A DNA stretch of 64,000 nucleotides from Vicinamibacteria bacterium. GTDB lineage: Bacteria; Acidobacteriota; Vicinamibacteria; Marinacidobacterales; Marinacidobacteraceae. Of this stretch, positions 1 through 8,446 are shown one piece after another. Below the pieces are notes generated by a model. The model searched no databases, was not told where the DNA came from, and saw only the letters and a list, made by a program, of their open reading frames with translations. The stretch is from positions 1,312,001-1,376,000 of the forward strand of contig OY821641.1 in the NCBI GenBank assembly GCA_963555995.3. Reading direction: 5' to 3'. The position numbers were made by a program, and so were the translations under genes. Every line of letters begins with the position of its first letter. Position 1 is the stretch's first letter.

Positions 1-1
1 G

Positions 2-514
2 CTCGCCCCGGCCGCGCTCGGCCGGGAGGGCGTCGTCGCGCCCGACCCCCGCGCCTCCGAGACCTCGCTCCCCGGCGCCGACCTGGTGTACGCGCCGGGC
101 GCCCGCCGCTTCGATCTCGGCAACTACAACTACCTCGGCTCGGTCGCGGCGGAGCGCGCGCTCGCCATGCTGGAGAGGTTCGGGGCGGCGGCGATCGAGG
201 CGCACAGCCGGGGGCTCGCGCGGCGCCTCGCCGAGGGGCTGGACGCCTTGGGGCTGCCGCTGAGCGGCGGGGCGCCGGGCAACGATCTCGGGCACATCGT
301 GAGCGTCGGGAGGCTCGGCCGGCAGGGCGTGCGCACCGCCGGGGACCCCGCGCTCGCCGCCCTCTCCGACCGCCTGACGGCCGCCGGCGTCGTGCATTCG
401 GTGCGGCGCGCGGCGCTCCGGCTGTCGTGTTTCCTCTACAACGACGAGGCGGACGTGGACCGGGTCATCGAGGTCGCGCGGGCGTGGCGCCGGGACTTTC
501 CCCGCGCGGCCTGA
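2..514 (+). CDS. Aminotransferase class V / cysteine desulfurase-like PLP enzyme, 3' part (5' end outside window)
   Basis: Frame open from position 2; ARRFDLGNYNY, HIVSV and LRLSCFLYNDEADVD resemble class V C-terminal motifs. Confidence 0.75.
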   Translation, partial: LAPAALGREGVVAPDPRASETSLPGADLVYAPGARRFDLGNYNYLGSVAAERALAMLERFGAAAIEAHSRGLARRLAEGLDALGLPLSGGAPGNDLGHIVSVGRLGRQGVRTAGDPALAALSDRLTAAGVVHSVRRAALRLSCFLYNDEADVDRVIEVARAWRRDFPRAA

Positions 515-589
515 ACCGGCGTACCATTCCCGCAGGATTCACCGGGGACGCCGCGCGGCGTCCCCCTCGTCAAGAACGGAGAACGACCC

Positions 590-1087
590 ATGACCCGTAT
601 CGCTTCCTTCACCCTCGCCGCCCTTGCGGTCGCGGCGCTGGCCTTCGCGCACCCCCACTTCAACAAGACCGTCTCGACCACGATCGGCGAGACGGAGGTC
701 TCGGTGTCCTACAACTCCACCGACGCCAACATGGAGCGGGTGGCCGCCGTCGAGGCCGGGACCTTCGTGAGCCCGCGCGGCCCGCGCCTGAACCTGTCCG
801 CCGACGTCATGGCGGGCGACACGACCATCGCCGCCGGGGAGTACACCATCGGGGTCGTCAAGGGCGACGACGGTTCCTGGACCATGGCGCTCCACGAGGG
901 CCGGATCCCGCGCGGCGAGATGCCCGACATGGGGAAGGTCACGAAGCTGGACTCGCGCTACTCGGACCAGATGGGCACCGCCGACCACATGCTGATTGAC
1001 ATCACGGCGGGCTCCGGCGACTTCGCCGGGAAGCCGGTGCTGACCATCCACTTCGGCAACATGCACCTCCAGGCGGCCATCGGGTAA
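590..1087 (+). CDS. Secreted DUF2911-like protein
   Basis: GGAGA RBS; signal peptide MTRIASFTLAALAVAALAFA; VSVSY...IAAGEYTI pattern; strongly GC3-biased codons. Confidence 0.55.
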   Translation: MTRIASFTLAALAVAALAFAHPHFNKTVSTTIGETEVSVSYNSTDANMERVAAVEAGTFVSPRGPRLNLSADVMAGDTTIAAGEYTIGVVKGDDGSWTMALHEGRIPRGEMPDMGKVTKLDSRYSDQMGTADHMLIDITAGSGDFAGKPVLTIHFGNMHLQAAIG

Positions 1088-1115
1088 CGGCGACCGCTCC
1101 ACGGCAGATCTCGCC

Positions 1116-1685
1116 GTGCTCCGCGTCGTCACGGAAGCCGACGCCAGTCGCCGCGCCTGGCAAGCTTTCCGCGAATCTCTCGTGGTGGATGCTGTGTCCA
1201 TTCCCGATTGTGAAATCGGCTGGCAAGGAGGAGGCGTTCGCCTTGACGTCCACTGGAATGCACGGACGGGAATATGGAGTGGTTTCCGCGAGTCACCTCC
1301 GAGGGAAGGAGGCCGCTTCTGGAACTGCTTCGGCGTCTCCAAGCCACATCCAAGCGTGTCGCCGAACATCACGGTCGAACTCAATCCTCCACATTTCGGT
1401 GTCAACGGTCGGACTGCGGGAGTATTCCTCCAAGACCGGACAGACACGCTCTACGTTGGTCATTCGGGCAGGATCGGAGGAGGCCGCGCCGGCATCGGCC
1501 TCAAGGCGTTCCGGGCGTGGAGCCCTCAATTAGGGTGGGAGCAGGTTCGGACCCCGACTGGCCACAGGGAGGTCGTAGTGTTAGGCCCTCTCGCACATGC
1601 CGGATTCCCCGAGAGGTTCGGCTTGTTTGTGCATGCTGTGGACGCTTTCAAGGCCGAAGTCGTGCGCGATCGTGGAATCTGGTAG
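1116..1685 (+). CDS. Hypothetical protein (lower-GC islet)
   Basis: Globular-looking 189 aa ORF (RFWNCFG, ITVELNPP, YVGHSGRIGGG) with more A/T-ending codons than neighbours. Confidence 0.6.
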   Translation: MLRVVTEADASRRAWQAFRESLVVDAVSIPDCEIGWQGGGVRLDVHWNARTGIWSGFRESPPREGGRFWNCFGVSKPHPSVSPNITVELNPPHFGVNGRTAGVFLQDRTDTLYVGHSGRIGGGRAGIGLKAFRAWSPQLGWEQVRTPTGHREVVVLGPLAHAGFPERFGLFVHAVDAFKAEVVRDRGIW

Positions 1686-1695
1686 CGCTGTCTTG

Positions 1696-1745
1696 GAGCA
1701 CCGCTCGCACTCGACCAGTGGCTGCGCGGGCGCGGAGCGGTGCTC
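1696..1745. terminator. Inverted repeat between convergent genes (possible terminator)
   Basis: gagcaccgctc (1696-1706) and gagcggtgctc (1735-1745) form a perfect 11-bp inverted repeat. Confidence 0.35.
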
Positions 1746-1822
1746 GTGCGCACCCGGCGGCGAGCGGTTGAGTCACGGCGGATCGCCGGCAGCGTCCTTA
1801 CTTCCAGATCGCACGCGTCCCG

Positions 1823-2170
1823 CTACGCACGGGATCGGTGACTTGCGGTTTCCCGGCGCTGGGCAGCCTCTAGCGCGCGTTCGAAACTGACCAGCCGGCG
1901 GATCAGGGCGTTGTACTGCGAGTACGCGTCGGCCCCACCACGGGAACGCAGGGCGGCGTAGAGAGCCAACTCCGGCGCCTCGGTTTCGCCGGCTGCATCC
2001 GGGATATCCAGCCCGGCGAGGCGCAAACGCGGCGCGCCGACGGCGACGAGGAGCGCGTCGACGGTGAAATCGCGGCGCCGCAGCGCGGCGATGCCGGCGG
2101 CTACCAGATCCGCCCCCGGCAGGTTCGGCGGGACCACCGCCGCCGGTGTGCTCCCCTCGGCGCGGATCAT
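1823..2170 (-). CDS. Small conserved partner of the DUF6036 nucleotidyltransferase (TA-like pair)
   Basis: ATGA overlap with upstream gene; LPGADLV..G...ALLVAVGAPRL..YNALIRRLVSFERAL. Confidence 0.65.
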   Translation of the reverse strand: MIRAEGSTPAAVVPPNLPGADLVAAGIAALRRRDFTVDALLVAVGAPRLRLAGLDIPDAAGETEAPELALYAALRSRGGADAYSQYNALIRRLVSFERALEAAQRRETASHRSRA

Positions 2171-2712
2171 GGACTCGCGGCCTCCAGGGCCTTGAGCGCC
2201 TTGGCCACCCGATCTCGGAAGGAAGCGGGGTCAATGGCCGGATAGCGCGAGAAACCGGGCTCCAGAGCGTCGAACAGTTGCGACAGTCGGCCGGCTTCGA
2301 TCAGCTTCAGTCGCCGCATCGCCTCAACGTCCTGCAAGTCCTGAGTGTGACCCCGCTCGATCTTGGCGAGCGCTTGAGCATGAAAGTCGTAGTGCAGGAA
2401 AGCGACCGGACCGTGCCGGACGATGAAGACGCTGCGTCTCCGCCATTCGGGCAGAGCGGGAATAAAGTCGTCGGGGGCGGCTAACTCGACGTTCATGTCC
2501 AACGCTTCCTTCGCGTGCGCAATGGCTTCGAACGCTCCGGGCGGTTCCGGATCGAGCTTGATGTCCACATCCACCGTCGTGCTTCGCCACCCGACAAGCA
2601 CCGCCGAAGCGCCGCCGGTGAGGTAGACGCGCCCGGTGCCTTTCGCTTCGGTGCCCAAGAACCGCATGAACTCTCGCACTTTGGCGGCGTTGCTGGTGCT
2701 TCGAGACATCAT
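2167..2712 (-). CDS. DUF6036-family / AbiEii-like nucleotidyltransferase
   Basis: YLTGGASAV..TVDVD NTase motif and ALAKIERGHTQDLQD C-terminal motif; start placed at ATGATG (2712/2709). Confidence 0.75.
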   Translation of the reverse strand: MMSRSTSNAAKVREFMRFLGTEAKGTGRVYLTGGASAVLVGWRSTTVDVDIKLDPEPPGAFEAIAHAKEALDMNVELAAPDDFIPALPEWRRRSVFIVRHGPVAFLHYDFHAQALAKIERGHTQDLQDVEAMRRLKLIEAGRLSQLFDALEPGFSRYPAIDPASFRDRVAKALKALEAASP

Positions 2713-2803
2713 CGCTAGTGAGCCTGCCTTGCCCACGAGTATGGCACGGCGACCCAGGGGCGGTGGCGGGCTCGACCGGAGCGGGATAGCATGGGACTCT
2801 GAG

Positions 2804-4342
2804 ATGGCGAGCGGGCGCCCCAATCTGTTCTCTTACGCCACCAAGGAACTCTCGCAGGACGCGATGATCTGTTGGCTCATCGCGTGGTCCGCCGTGGATG
2901 CGTGCGATGAGGAAGAACGGCGACTGCGCGATTGCGGGTGCGAGTTCGTGAAAGCGCTACTTGGCAAACACGGACGGCAGCTCGCCGGGCCAATCCGAAG
3001 CGCCTGCCTCCACCAGCAGGATCACAACATTGATGTCCTCGCGCTGGTCGAGGACCGGAAACGCCAGCATGTCCTGCTCATCGAAGACAAGACCCACACC
3101 GGTGAGCGTAGCGACGCGAAGTTGAAGGGTTATCTCGCAGACGTGCAGGAGGGGCACACCAAGGTTGGTGACATGGCGGGAAAGGACCTGTGCCCGATCT
3201 ATCTGAAGACGGGTAACCAGTCTCGCGCCGCGGACCGGCGAATCGAGGACTCAGGGTACGGGGTTTTTCGGCGCGCTGATTTCCTTGAGGTGCTGGAGAC
3301 GTATCGGGGCAATCATCCGCTCCTGTGCGATTTCAGAGCGCACCTCCGTCACTGGGAGGCGGATTTCCTGTCGTTTCGTGATTGGGAGCGCGGCGGCAAA
3401 GCGGAGTGGAGTTGGGCTGCCTGGGAAGGGTTCTTCGTGGAATGCGAAAAGACTGACCACTTGCGCCGACCGGAGTGGAGTTATGTCGCTCAGAAGGACG
3501 GTGGATTCCTAGCATTCACTTGGGGTTCATCTCGCCTGACAGACGGCGAGGAGGCGTACCTCCAACTTGAAACGGTTCCGCGCCGGCCGAAGCGGACACG
3601 TCTCTGTTTCAGAATCGGGAACTGGCACGTCTCCGGGGCCGATGCGAGAAACGACCGCCTGCACTTCTGGAATCGTTATCTTCTCCGCCGGAGCCGGACA
3701 CTTCGACGTCCCGGGCGCCTCAGGACCGGAGAGTCCATGACGGTCGCGTGGTACGACCCGGAGTGGATGGCTTTCGACAAGAACGGGGCTGTTGATGTCA
3801 CGAGGACAGCCTCCAACTTGAAGATGGCGCAAGAAATCCTCGATGAAGCTGTCGCGCTGAAGGACATTCTGGAGGGTCTCCGCCGGAAGGAGTGGTGGGC
3901 GCGTGCCGAAAGAAGACTCGATTGCGATTACGGCCGTCTCGGTTTCCACGTTCGGGGGACGTGGACCACCGAGGGCTGGAATCCCGGCGTCTTCGTCGGC
4001 GTGCTGCTTGACGGCGAGGATCACGGCATCGAACTGCGTGATCCGGAACGGGGAGACGCCTGCGTGTTGCTCTGCCTCGACGAGAGCCTCCACGGGTCGG
4101 CGAGCGCTGAGGGGGCTTGCGAGGCGCTGGTGGAACACTTGCGACACGCCGACTTGCCCGAGCCCTGGAGAGTCTGCGAAGGGAAGAACCGGTGGCATCC
4201 GGTCCACGTTCTGTGCCCCCTGGGAGAGATGTTCGTGGACAACGCCCCGATCGAGGACAAGGCACAGCGGTTCTATACGGACGCTCACCAAGTGGTGAAG
4301 GCCGTCTTGGCGCATCTGGACCAGCGGACGCCTTGGGGGTGA
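2804..4342 (+). CDS. PD-(D/E)XK nuclease family protein with long C-terminal extension
   Basis: NLFSYATKELSQDAMICWL N-terminus; NIDVL...LLIEDK catalytic motif; IYLKTG; lower-GC codons. Confidence 0.75.
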   Translation: MASGRPNLFSYATKELSQDAMICWLIAWSAVDACDEEERRLRDCGCEFVKALLGKHGRQLAGPIRSACLHQQDHNIDVLALVEDRKRQHVLLIEDKTHTGERSDAKLKGYLADVQEGHTKVGDMAGKDLCPIYLKTGNQSRAADRRIEDSGYGVFRRADFLEVLETYRGNHPLLCDFRAHLRHWEADFLSFRDWERGGKAEWSWAAWEGFFVECEKTDHLRRPEWSYVAQKDGGFLAFTWGSSRLTDGEEAYLQLETVPRRPKRTRLCFRIGNWHVSGADARNDRLHFWNRYLLRRSRTLRRPGRLRTGESMTVAWYDPEWMAFDKNGAVDVTRTASNLKMAQEILDEAVALKDILEGLRRKEWWARAERRLDCDYGRLGFHVRGTWTTEGWNPGVFVGVLLDGEDHGIELRDPERGDACVLLCLDESLHGSASAEGACEALVEHLRHADLPEPWRVCEGKNRWHPVHVLCPLGEMFVDNAPIEDKAQRFYTDAHQVVKAVLAHLDQRTPWG

Positions 4343-4377
4343 CAGCGCCGCCGCGGGGTCCTTCCGCCCGCCCGTGC

Positions 4378-6468
4378 TCAGGGTTCGAGCTGGCGGAGGA
4401 GGTTCTGCGCTTCCTGGGCGAACGGGTCCCCGGCGGGGACCGCGCGCAGCAGTTCGCGGGCCTCCGGGATGCGCTGCTGGGAGAGCCGGGTCACGCCCAT
4501 GAAGAAGCGGATGCCGGGCTGCTCGGGGTCGAGGTGGTAGCTCTGCTCGAACGCCCGACCGGCGGCGGCGGGGTCTCCGTCGAGGACGTGGAGCCGCCCG
4601 AGGTTGAGCTGCTGCGGCGCGTCGTCGGCGAAGAAGTTCCCCCGGATCGCGTGGAGGCGCTTCGCCAGCTCGAAGTCATCCCCCGCCGCGTCCGGCAGGT
4701 CGCGGACGCCCAGGTTCAGGAGGGAGATCGCCGCGTTCATCCGCACCGAGCGCCGTTCGTCCTGGATGCGCGCGACGAGTGCTTCGCGGATCTCCGGCGC
4801 TTCCCGTTCGGCCGTCTCGCCGAGCTTCAGCGCGGCCACCGCCCGCACCAGCGGGTGGGCGTCGCCGGCGGCGGCGAGCAGCGCCCGGCTCGCGGGCTCG
4901 CGGGTCTCCGCGTCCGCCAGGTAGCGGCCGAGGTGTCCCGCCGCGTTCGCCCGGTTGATGGGGCCCTCGCCTGCGTCGGCGGAGATGGCGAGCAGCAGGT
5001 CCAGCGCCTCCCGGCTCCGTTCCCGCGCGCCGGTGTAGGCGTCGGCGCGGCGCTCGATCTTCTTCCGGCGCGGCGTTTCTCCCCACCACTCGTCCATGCG
5101 GGCCGACGCCCATGCGGGGCTCTCGGAAGCGTGGCACTCGTTGCAGGCGTTCGGGACCCCGTAGCGCGCGGTATTGCGCGGCGAGGGGATCGAGATGCTG
5201 TGGTCGCGCATCTTCGCCCGGATGCTGGTGACGCTGCGGGGCATGTGGCACTCGACGCACGAGCTTCCCTCGCTCGCGGCCGGGTGGAAGGTGTGGGCGG
5301 TGAGGTCGTTCCCGATGGCTTCGTGGCAGCCGGTGCAGAGCGCGTTGTTCGTGGGAAGCAACTGTTCGTTCCGCTCGATGTCCGGCCGGTGGGGGTCGAG
5401 GTGGCACCCGGTGCAGGTGGCGCCGCCCTCGACGAAGCACTCGCTCTGCCAGATGCCGAGGGTGTTGGTGGAGAAGCGCCGGGTCTTCCCGTCGGGATAC
5501 CAGGTGGGGTCCTCGGAGGGTTCCTGGGTGTATTCGAGGATCGGGAAGAAGAAGTCGAAGTAGTTGTCGCCGGCGGCGAACCCGAACGCCATCTGGTCGC
5601 GGAACGAGTGGCACTGGGCGCAGACCATCGAGTTCGTCCGGTGGTCCAGACGGGTCTGGAGGACGATATGGAGGTCGGGATCGTCGCCGTAGGTGTCGAG
5701 GTTCTGGTACTTGTCCACGTGCCGGCTGCCCGGGCCGTGGCAGCGCTCGCAGGTGGTCCCGAAGTCGAGCCAGGTGGTGTCGTAGCGGTCTTCGCCGGGA
5801 CGGAAGCCCTTCATCTGGTCGCTGACGTGGCAGCCGAAACAGTTCTTGTTCCAGAGCTGCACCGGGATGATCCCCTCCGCCTGGTCGGGGGCCGCGATCT
5901 CCAGGTTGTGGAACCACTCCCGGCGGAGCACGTCCCAGGTCGGCGGCAGGACGATCACCCGGCCGTCGTCGAGGGTCGTGAGGTAGTGCTGAATGCGGCG
6001 GTTGCCGAGGGTGTAGTCCACCTGGTGCTCGACCGGCTCACCGGTGAAGAAGGACTCGGTGATGAAGTACTTCGAGCCGACCTGCCGGATCCGGTACTCC
6101 TCTCCGCGTAGGGTGAGCCGTTCCTGGGAGAAGTCGCCGCTGACCTGGCCCGGGACCGCGGGCTGCACCATCTTCGAGTGGCGGGATGAAGTCCAGGCGT
6201 CGTGGGCGCTCTCGTGACACAGGACGCATTCGCCGGACCCCACCATCATCGCGGGCTGCTCGGGGAGGGGCGGCGGGACCGGCTGCGCCGCCTGAGCGGC
6301 GACCGCTTCTGCGGTGCCGGTCTGAAGACCGGCGTTCCCGGGGGCTGGCGGAACCGGCTGCGCCGGCTGGATCGAGGCCGAGGCGATGGGAGGCGACCAG
6401 GCGTTGGTGGCGAACAACCCGAGCACAGCGAGGCTGGCGGCGCCGGCCAAGGCGAGCGTGAACCTCAC
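4378..6468 (-). CDS. Secreted octaheme cytochrome c with HEAT and TPR C-terminus
   Basis: Signal peptide; 8 CxxCH (CVLCH, CFGCH, CERCH, CAQCH, CTGCH x2, CVECH, CNECH); HEAT/TPR-like helices; GTGA overlap with upstream gene. Confidence 0.85.
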   Translation of the reverse strand: MRFTLALAGAASLAVLGLFATNAWSPPIASASIQPAQPVPPAPGNAGLQTGTAEAVAAQAAQPVPPPLPEQPAMMVGSGECVLCHESAHDAWTSSRHSKMVQPAVPGQVSGDFSQERLTLRGEEYRIRQVGSKYFITESFFTGEPVEHQVDYTLGNRRIQHYLTTLDDGRVIVLPPTWDVLRREWFHNLEIAAPDQAEGIIPVQLWNKNCFGCHVSDQMKGFRPGEDRYDTTWLDFGTTCERCHGPGSRHVDKYQNLDTYGDDPDLHIVLQTRLDHRTNSMVCAQCHSFRDQMAFGFAAGDNYFDFFFPILEYTQEPSEDPTWYPDGKTRRFSTNTLGIWQSECFVEGGATCTGCHLDPHRPDIERNEQLLPTNNALCTGCHEAIGNDLTAHTFHPAASEGSSCVECHMPRSVTSIRAKMRDHSISIPSPRNTARYGVPNACNECHASESPAWASARMDEWWGETPRRKKIERRADAYTGARERSREALDLLLAISADAGEGPINRANAAGHLGRYLADAETREPASRALLAAAGDAHPLVRAVAALKLGETAEREAPEIREALVARIQDERRSVRMNAAISLLNLGVRDLPDAAGDDFELAKRLHAIRGNFFADDAPQQLNLGRLHVLDGDPAAAGRAFEQSYHLDPEQPGIRFFMGVTRLSQQRIPEARELLRAVPAGDPFAQEAQNLLRQLEP
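6315..6338 (-). repeat. REP-like palindrome in frame inside the cytochrome c gene
   Basis: ggaacgccggtcttcagaccggca on minus strand, one mismatch to copies at 58267 and 60633; encodes GNAGLQTG in a Pro/Ala linker. Confidence 0.75.
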
Positions 6469-8144
6469 GACGGCGGCTCCTCCACGACGTGAATCCGGTG
6501 CGCCGCCGGGGCCTCGACCTCGCTCCGGGTTCCCGAAGGCCAGCGCACTTCGGCGGAGACCGCCCGTCCGCCGGGGCCGAGGCCGAAGATCACCTCGAGC
6601 TGGTTCTGGGACGCGTAGCCGGTGGCGCTCTTCACGACGCGGGTCTCGTTGCGGGTCATCCCGTCCTCTTCGATGGCGACGGTGATCTTCGCACCGATTC
6701 CGTCCCGGTTCGAATTTCCTCCCCGGAGCCGGAAACCCACCCAGCCGTTCCGCTCGCCGCCGTCGTTCCGGAAGAGGCGCGCCGGGCCGCCGTTCTCGCT
6801 GACCGCGAGGTCCGGGTCGCCGTCGCCGTCCAGGTCGCCGAAGGCCGCTCCCCGGGCCACCATGGGTCGGGCGAGATCCGGGGAGGCGGCGGTCACCTCC
6901 GCGAAGCCGCCGTCGCCCCGGTTGCGGAAGAGATGGGGGGCCTGGCGGTAGCTGACCCGCTGCTGGACGGCGGCGATGTCGTTCTCGACGTGCCCGTTCG
7001 CGACGAAGATGTCCTGGCGGCCGTCGAGGTCGTAGTCGAAGAAGAAGGCCCCGAAGGCCAAGGTCAGCAGACTGTTGCGGCCGATCTCGGAGACGGGCGC
7101 CTGGTCAATGAAGAAGCCCACGCCTTCGTTGTGGTAGAGCGAGACCATCTCGTTCGAGAAGTTCCCGATCACGAGGTCGGGCAGGCCGTCGCCGTCGTAG
7201 TCCGAGGCGTCAATCCCCATGGCGCCGCGGGCGGCGCCGTTCTCCGCGAAGGCGATTCCGGAAAGCACGCCGGCGTCCTCGAACCGCCCGCCGCCGAGGT
7301 TCCGGTAGAGGTAGTTGGGCTGGGTGTCGTTCGCCACCGCCAGATCGGAGAGCCCGTCGCCGTCGAAGTCGAGGACCGCGACGCCGAGTCCCTTCCCGCG
7401 GGGGTTGAAGAGTCCCGCCTCCTCGGTGACGTCGGTGAACCCCTCCGCGCCGTCGTTCCGGTAGAGGACGGCGCTTGCTCCGCCATACGACTCCGGGGTG
7501 CAGTAGCTCTTGTTCACCCCGTCGAGGGCGCAGAAGATGTCCTCCTCGATGGACCACTCCACGTAGTTCAGCAAGAAGAGATCGAGGTCCCCGTCGCCGT
7601 CGGCGTCGAGCCAGGTGGCGACGCTCGAAAAGCCGGGGTCCGCGACCGAGGCGGCGTGCGGCGCCTCCCGGAACACCCCGCCGCCGGCGTTCTCGAGCAG
7701 GCGGTTCGGTCCGAGGACGGTGAGGTAGAGGTCCTGGTCCCCGTCGGCGTCGTAGTCGGCGATGGCGACGCCCATTCCGTAAAGGGGAACGTCCAGCCCC
7801 GAACCGGCGGTCCGGTCCTCGAAGGTCCCGTCGCCCCGGTTCAGGTATAGGGCGGCGGTGGGCTCCGGCTCGGTTCGGTGTCCCGGCCACCGCCGGCTGT
7901 TGACGAAGAGCAGGTCCTGGTCGCCGTCGCCGTCGGCGTCGAAAAAAGCCACCCCCGAGCCCATCGTCTCGGGCAGGTACTTCTCGCCGAAGGCCCCGTT
8001 CTCGTGGACGAAACCGATCCCCGCGGCTTCGGTCACGTCCACGAAGCTGGGCTCCTGGGCGGGGGCAGACGCTGCCAGCAGGGCCGCGGCGAAGGTGGCG
8101 CCGGCCGCTGTCCGGAACCGCAGCAGTGTGCTCACGGCCCCCAT
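6465..8144 (-). CDS. CRTAC1-family FG-GAP repeat / ASPIC-UnbV domain protein
   Basis: FVDVTEAAGI, ETMGSGVAFFDADGDGDQDL, repeated DxDGDG motifs, NRDGIGAKI and FGLG..VRWPSG C-terminus; start at MGAVST signal peptide. Confidence 0.9.
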   Translation of the reverse strand: MGAVSTLLRFRTAAGATFAAALLAASAPAQEPSFVDVTEAAGIGFVHENGAFGEKYLPETMGSGVAFFDADGDGDQDLLFVNSRRWPGHRTEPEPTAALYLNRGDGTFEDRTAGSGLDVPLYGMGVAIADYDADGDQDLYLTVLGPNRLLENAGGGVFREAPHAASVADPGFSSVATWLDADGDGDLDLFLLNYVEWSIEEDIFCALDGVNKSYCTPESYGGASAVLYRNDGAEGFTDVTEEAGLFNPRGKGLGVAVLDFDGDGLSDLAVANDTQPNYLYRNLGGGRFEDAGVLSGIAFAENGAARGAMGIDASDYDGDGLPDLVIGNFSNEMVSLYHNEGVGFFIDQAPVSEIGRNSLLTLAFGAFFFDYDLDGRQDIFVANGHVENDIAAVQQRVSYRQAPHLFRNRGDGGFAEVTAASPDLARPMVARGAAFGDLDGDGDPDLAVSENGGPARLFRNDGGERNGWVGFRLRGGNSNRDGIGAKITVAIEEDGMTRNETRVVKSATGYASQNQLEVIFGLGPGGRAVSAEVRWPSGTRSEVEAPAAHRIHVVEEPPS

Positions 8145-8148
8145 GGAA

Positions 8149-8379
8149 TCAGAGGTCACGCCAGGCGGTCTCGTCTTCCTTCGAGTTCCACTCGTCCATC
8201 GCTTTTCCGACGGCCTCCACGTATGGATCCGACGGGGCTTCCGGGACCCGGCGGCCCCGCGGCTCGTCTTCTCTCTCCTTGTTCGGTCCTGAAGAGCGCT
8301 GCGGACGGGCGCCACCGCCCCGCTGGGTGCTGTCGCCAGCTAGAGATGTCGATCTGCCGCGCTTCCCGGCCCGATTCAT
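8149..8379 (-). pseudogene. Probable remnant of a type II antitoxin (acidic C-terminal motif)
   Basis: C-terminus YVEAVGKAMDEWNSKEDETAWRDL* resembles the EWxSxxDEEAxRDL tails of AbrB/MazE- and DUF2281-type antitoxins; the N-terminal part looks non-coding. Confidence 0.35.
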
Positions 8380-8446
8380 CCGAAGACTGTACCGCTCAGT
8401 TATCCGTGAACCGAGGGCGGGAAAACGCGATGGACACCTGCCGGCT

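Noticed and set aside
4378-6468. Octaheme or pentaheme proteins as NrfA/HAO-type enzymes
   Set aside because: No CxxCK; the TPR/HEAT fusion and context do not match nitrogen-cycle operons
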